A stretch of DNA of 41,892 bases. Origin: Nocardioides sp. (GTDB lineage: Bacteria > Actinomycetota > Actinomycetes > Propionibacteriales > Nocardioidaceae). Position 1 is the stretch's first letter, and each line of letters opens with the position of its first letter. Where the stretch lies: contig JBAUWM010000010.1 in the NCBI GenBank assembly GCA_049583775.1, forward strand, positions 1-41,892. The letters are read 5' to 3'. This document shows, piece after piece, positions 38,071 to 41,892 of the stretch. The position numbers and the translations under genes were made by a program. Below the pieces are notes generated by a model. That model was not told the DNA's origin, ran no database searches, and saw only the letters and a program-made list of their open reading frames with translations.

Positions 38071-38803
38071 GTCGACGAAGGATTCTCAGGACGGCCGGTC
38101 GCGACTGCGTCAGGCCCTGATGGGTACGCCTTCACGAGGCCAGATCGTGGTCGCGGTACTGCTTGCTCTGGTTGGCTTCGCGGCCGTCACGCAGATTCGT
38201 GCGACGGAAGACGACTCGACCTACTCCGGGTTGCGCGAACAGGACCTGATCGACGTGTTGAACGGCCTGGCCGGCACCAGCCAACGCACCCAGGCCGAGA
38301 TCGACCGGCTGACCCAGGCCCGCGCCGACCTCCTCTCCGAGTCGAGTCGCCGGGCGGCCGCCCTCGACCAGGCGCAGCAGGAGGTCGACAACCTCAACGT
38401 GCTCGCCGGCCTGGTCCCGGTCACCGGCCCTGGCATCCGGGTCACCATCACCGAGGAGACCGGGGTGGTGCGCATCTCCTCGATGCTGGACCTGTTGCAG
38501 GAGCTGCGGGCCGTCGGCGCGGAGGCGATCCAGATCAACGGTCAAGTGCGCGTGGTCGCCCAAACGTCGATCGAGGTGGGGGTCGGCGGGCTGATCGTCG
38601 ACGGCACGTTGCTCGAGGCGCCGTACGTGGTCGACGCGATCGGCGCGACCAGCACGTTGGCTGGAGCGGTCGACTTTCCGTTGGGACCACGGCTCCAGTT
38701 CAAGCGCGACGGCGCCGACCTCCTGGTCGATCCACTGACGTCGCTGGACATCGATGCCGTGCGCGAACCCGTGCAGCCCGAGTTCGCCCAACCCGGCTCG
38801 TGA
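38063..38803 (+). CDS. DUF881 family protein (second)
   Basis: LAGLVPVTGPGI, QELRAVGAEAIQING..RVVA and APYVVDAIG. Confidence 0.88.
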   Translation: MPESTKDSQDGRSRLRQALMGTPSRGQIVVAVLLALVGFAAVTQIRATEDDSTYSGLREQDLIDVLNGLAGTSQRTQAEIDRLTQARADLLSESSRRAAALDQAQQEVDNLNVLAGLVPVTGPGIRVTITEETGVVRISSMLDLLQELRAVGAEAIQINGQVRVVAQTSIEVGVGGLIVDGTLLEAPYVVDAIGATSTLAGAVDFPLGPRLQFKRDGADLLVDPLTSLDIDAVREPVQPEFAQPGS

Positions 38804-38828
38804 GGGCAGGCTCGTGAGGGCAGGCTCG
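38795..38828 (+). repeat. 14-bp tandem duplication (GGCTCGTGAGGGCA x2.4) spanning the DUF881 stop codon
   Basis: Exact copies at 38795-38808 and 38809-38822, plus GGCTCG at 38823-38828. Confidence 0.9.
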
Positions 38829-38901
38829 AACCAGTAACCTGCAGGGGTCGTCGACCCGGCGCGTTTTGTCCGTACGTTCCCCGCATCGAGGAGACCGAAC
38901 C

Positions 38902-39288
38902 GTGTACCCCGAGGACCTGAAGTACACCGCTGAGCACGAGTGGGTGCGCACGCCCGGCGATCACGACGGCTCGATCCGAATCGGGATCACCGAGTACGCC
39001 CAGGACGCTCTGGGCGACATCGTCTACGTCTCCCTGCCCGAGGTCGGGGACGCCGTCCAGGCCGGCAGCACCTGCGGCGAGCTGGAGTCGACCAAGTCGG
39101 TGAGCGATGTCTACGCGCCGATCTCGGGTGAGGTCGTGGCGCGCAACGAGGCCCTCGACGCCACGCCCGAGCTGGTGAACAGCGACCCCTACGGCGGCGG
39201 CTGGCTCTTCGAGGTCGTGCCGACGGCCAGTGATGACCTTGCCAGCCTGATGTCCGCGGCCGACTACGTCGCCTCGCTCGAAGGCTGA
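38902..39288 (+). CDS. gcvH: Glycine cleavage system H protein
   Basis: YTAEHEW, GITEYAQDALGDIVYV, lipoyl-lysine motif ELESTKSVSDVYAP and VNSDPYGGGW; SD GAGGAG. Confidence 0.96.
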   Translation: MYPEDLKYTAEHEWVRTPGDHDGSIRIGITEYAQDALGDIVYVSLPEVGDAVQAGSTCGELESTKSVSDVYAPISGEVVARNEALDATPELVNSDPYGGGWLFEVVPTASDDLASLMSAADYVASLEG

Positions 39289-39322
39289 CATCGACTCGGT
39301 GGTGGCTGGTAGGTTCGCGGCA

Positions 39323-39351
39323 ACCATCAACCTCAGGTCGGCAGTGAGACT
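39323..39351. promoter_or_regulatory. FtsR-box-like operator upstream of the FHA gene
   Basis: AACCTCA-N9-TGAGACT; 39323-39335 matches the reverse complement of the 41250 box at 12/13; lies just downstream of a TAGGTT -10 (39310-39315). Confidence 0.5.
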
Positions 39352-39421
39352 TTGTGGGACTTGTCCCGGCTGACGTCGACCGAGCACCGATGGACCTGTA
39401 CCCGACCGGAGGACTCGTCCG

Positions 39422-39949
39422 ATGCCGTTCTGCACCTCGTGTGGCAGGCAGAATCCTGATGACGCACGCTTCTGCGCGCAGTGCGGAACCCGACTGCTGA
39501 GCGCCGACGCACCGGCATCCGGCAGCAGCGACCCGACCGGTGAGTCGACCGCGACGATCCAGATCGGTGCGGGGGTCGACAAGGTCGAGACCTCCGACCG
39601 GGCCCTGAACCCGGTCGACGCCGCCGCCGTCGACGCGCTGCCCGTAGGGCACGCGCTGCTCGTCGTGCAGAAGGGCCCTGGCGCCGGCAGTAGGTTCCTC
39701 CTCGACGGCGACGTCACCAACGCCGGGCGGCATCCTGACTCCGAGATTTTTCTCGACGACGTCACCGTGTCGCGCCGGCACGCTGTTTTTCACCGCGATG
39801 GCGGCTCGTTCACCGCGGCCGACGCCGGGAGCCTCAACGGCACCTACGTCAACCGCGACCGGATCGAGAACGTGCAACTCAAGGACGGCGACGAAGTGCA
39901 GATCGGTAAGTACCGACTGGTGTTCTTCTCCGGCCACGAATCCCACTGA
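39422..39949 (+). CDS. garA: Zinc-ribbon + FHA domain protein, GarA/OdhI-like
   Basis: CTSC..FCAQCG; ESTAT segment equivalent to GarA ETTS; FHA motifs GRHPDSEIFLDDVTVSRRHA and SLNGTYVN; syntenic gcvH-FHA-MerR order. Confidence 0.88.
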   Translation: MPFCTSCGRQNPDDARFCAQCGTRLLSADAPASGSSDPTGESTATIQIGAGVDKVETSDRALNPVDAAAVDALPVGHALLVVQKGPGAGSRFLLDGDVTNAGRHPDSEIFLDDVTVSRRHAVFHRDGGSFTAADAGSLNGTYVNRDRIENVQLKDGDEVQIGKYRLVFFSGHESH

Positions 39950-39969
39950 GCCCGACGGATACGACCGCC

Positions 39970-40722
39970 ATGGCGAGCATCGTCCCCCGAGAGGACCCGA
40001 CCGACGAGTCGGGCGCCGACCGGATGAACATTGGTCAGGTGCTTGACCGGCTGCGCCCGGACTTTCCGACCATCACCATCCCCAAGATCCGGTTCCTCGA
40101 GGACAAGGGGCTGATCAAGCCCGAGCGCACGCAGTCGGGGTACCGGAAGTTCTCCACCGATGACGTACATCGGCTGCGCTACGTGCTGACCATGCAGCGC
40201 GACCACTACCTGCCTTTGAAAGTGATCGGCGAGCACCTCGACGCGATCGACCGCGGACTCGAACCCCCGCCGATCGACCCGGTGATGCCGACCGTTCCGA
40301 CCGTCGCGCTGGCCGCCGACGGGCTTCCGAGCCCCGAGTCGTTCGCCCGGCGTGACAAGGTGCGGCTCTCGCGGCGCGAGCTGCTCAAGATTGCTGACAT
40401 CACCGACGACCTTCTGGTGCAGCTCGAACAGTTCGGCTTGGTCACCGCACGACCGGGTACCGGACATTACGACACCGATGCACTGGTGATCGCCCAGACA
40501 GCGCGCGAGTTGGCCGACTTCGGTCTCGAACCGCGCCACCTGCGAGCGTTCCGGGCTGCAGCTGATCGCGAGGTGGGGTTGGTCGAGCAAGTGGTGGCAC
40601 CGCTGCGCGGAGGGCGCGATGCCGGCGCCCGGGCCCGGGCCGAGGACGCCGTCTCGGAGATCGCGGCCCTGTCCGTGCGCCTGCACGCCACGCTGGTCAA
40701 GGCGGGCTTGCGCCGCTCCTGA
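39970..40722 (+). CDS. ftsR: MerR-family transcriptional regulator FtsR (Rv1828-like)
   Basis: MNIGQVL..L..DFP..TIPKIRFLE..GLIKPERTQSGYRKF, QRDHYLPLKVI and GLEPRHLR.FR.AADRE; synteny. Start may be the Met at 40024. Confidence 0.88.
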   Translation: MASIVPREDPTDESGADRMNIGQVLDRLRPDFPTITIPKIRFLEDKGLIKPERTQSGYRKFSTDDVHRLRYVLTMQRDHYLPLKVIGEHLDAIDRGLEPPPIDPVMPTVPTVALAADGLPSPESFARRDKVRLSRRELLKIADITDDLLVQLEQFGLVTARPGTGHYDTDALVIAQTARELADFGLEPRHLRAFRAAADREVGLVEQVVAPLRGGRDAGARARAEDAVSEIAALSVRLHATLVKAGLRRS

Positions 40723-40753
40723 AGCGTCCTTGTCGGGCGAGTAGGGTGAACAC

Positions 40754-41221
40754 GTGCGCGAAGTAGACGTCATGGGAGTCCGGGTAGAGATGCCCTCGAA
40801 CCAGCCGATCGTCCTGCTCCGCGAGGTCACGGGGGAGCGGTACCTGCCGATCTGGATCGGAGCAGTCGAGGCGACCGCCATCGCTTTCGCCCAGCAGGGC
40901 GTGGTGCCGCCGCGGCCCCTGACGCACGACCTGATGAAGGACGTGCTCGAGGCAACCGGCAACCCCTTGGCCGAGGTGCGCATCACGGACGTGAAGGACG
41001 GCGTCTTCTTTGCCACGCTCGTCTTCGACTCGGGGGTGGAGGTCTCGGCGCGTCCCTCCGACTCGATCGCCCTGGCCCTGCGCACCGGCACCAAGATCCT
41101 GTGCGACGAGGCTGTCCTCGACGAGGCCGGCCTCGCCGTGCCTGCCGAGCAGGAGGACGAGGTCGAGAAGTTCCGGGAGTTCCTCGATCACGTGACGCCC
41201 GAGGACTTCGAGGCTGGCTGA
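40754..41221 (+). CDS. Bifunctional nuclease family protein (DUF151)
   Basis: PIVLLRE..RYLPIWIG..EA.AI, RPLTHDL and ARPSDSIALA; TAGGGT (40742-40747) 6 nt before GTG (leaderless). Confidence 0.92.
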   Translation: MREVDVMGVRVEMPSNQPIVLLREVTGERYLPIWIGAVEATAIAFAQQGVVPPRPLTHDLMKDVLEATGNPLAEVRITDVKDGVFFATLVFDSGVEVSARPSDSIALALRTGTKILCDEAVLDEAGLAVPAEQEDEVEKFREFLDHVTPEDFEAG

Positions 41222-41249
41222 TCACTTGGGGCTGGCCTCTACAGGCCTG

Positions 41250-41272
41250 ACCCTCAAGTTGAGGTTGAGGGT
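41250..41272. promoter_or_regulatory. FtsR-box-like palindrome
   Basis: ACCCTCAA-GTTGAGG-TTGAGGGT (perfect 8-bp arms); resembles the Corynebacterium FtsR motif as recalled. Confidence 0.65.
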
Positions 41273-41292
41273 GCGACACGCCGCGAGCGTCT

Positions 41293-41321
41293 TTGACCGA
41301 CCTCCGCCGGCGACGTACCTT
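41293..41321 (+). promoter_or_regulatory. Housekeeping-sigma promoter of the terminal MerR gene
   Basis: TTGACC-N17-TACCTT. Confidence 0.7.
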
Positions 41322-41411
41322 GAACTGTCTTCGTTGTAACTCCAAGCGTGTGGTCCCCCACACTTCCCCCGGACTTACGCACAATGAAGTAGCCGCCAGC
41401 AGGAGAACCGT

Positions 41412-41892
<481 letters not shown>

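Overview
High-GC actinobacterial chromosome segment; gene order and protein sequences suggest a Nocardioides-like organism (inference). The left arm (1-17.5 kb) is the conserved core cluster pyrG-ald-xerD-parA-scpA-scpB-rluB-aroH-cmk-plsC-der ending at tRNA-Pro(GGG). It carries two unusual passengers: a zinc-ribbon/class III nucleotidyl cyclase/STAND-ATPase/helical-repeat protein after pyrG, and a Ski2-like helicase translationally coupled to xerD. The NUDIX and prephenate dehydrogenase genes usual in this neighbourhood are absent. The middle (17.5-33.5 kb) is an accessory stretch starting at the tRNA 3' end with an IS481-end-like motif and a possible decayed attR. It holds stress/membrane genes, a secreted Ig-like repeat protein, an EchA6-like pseudo-hydratase, two tandem stand-alone SGNH proteins and a secreted sulfatase. 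The right arm (33.7-41.9 kb) is a CNNM/CorC pair with a candidate leader peptide, then the conserved pgsA2-DUF881-sbp-DUF881-gcvH-garA-ftsR-DUF151-MerR cluster with two FtsR-box-like operators. No CRISPR array, integrase, transposase or rRNA was seen. No unambiguous new multi-gene system is provable from sequence alone. The best candidates are the uORF/hairpin leader of the CNNM pair, the STAND cyclase with an atypical specificity residue, and the xerD-helicase plus DnaA-box-like cluster plus parA arrangement. All family calls are from motif recognition by eye, not database searches.
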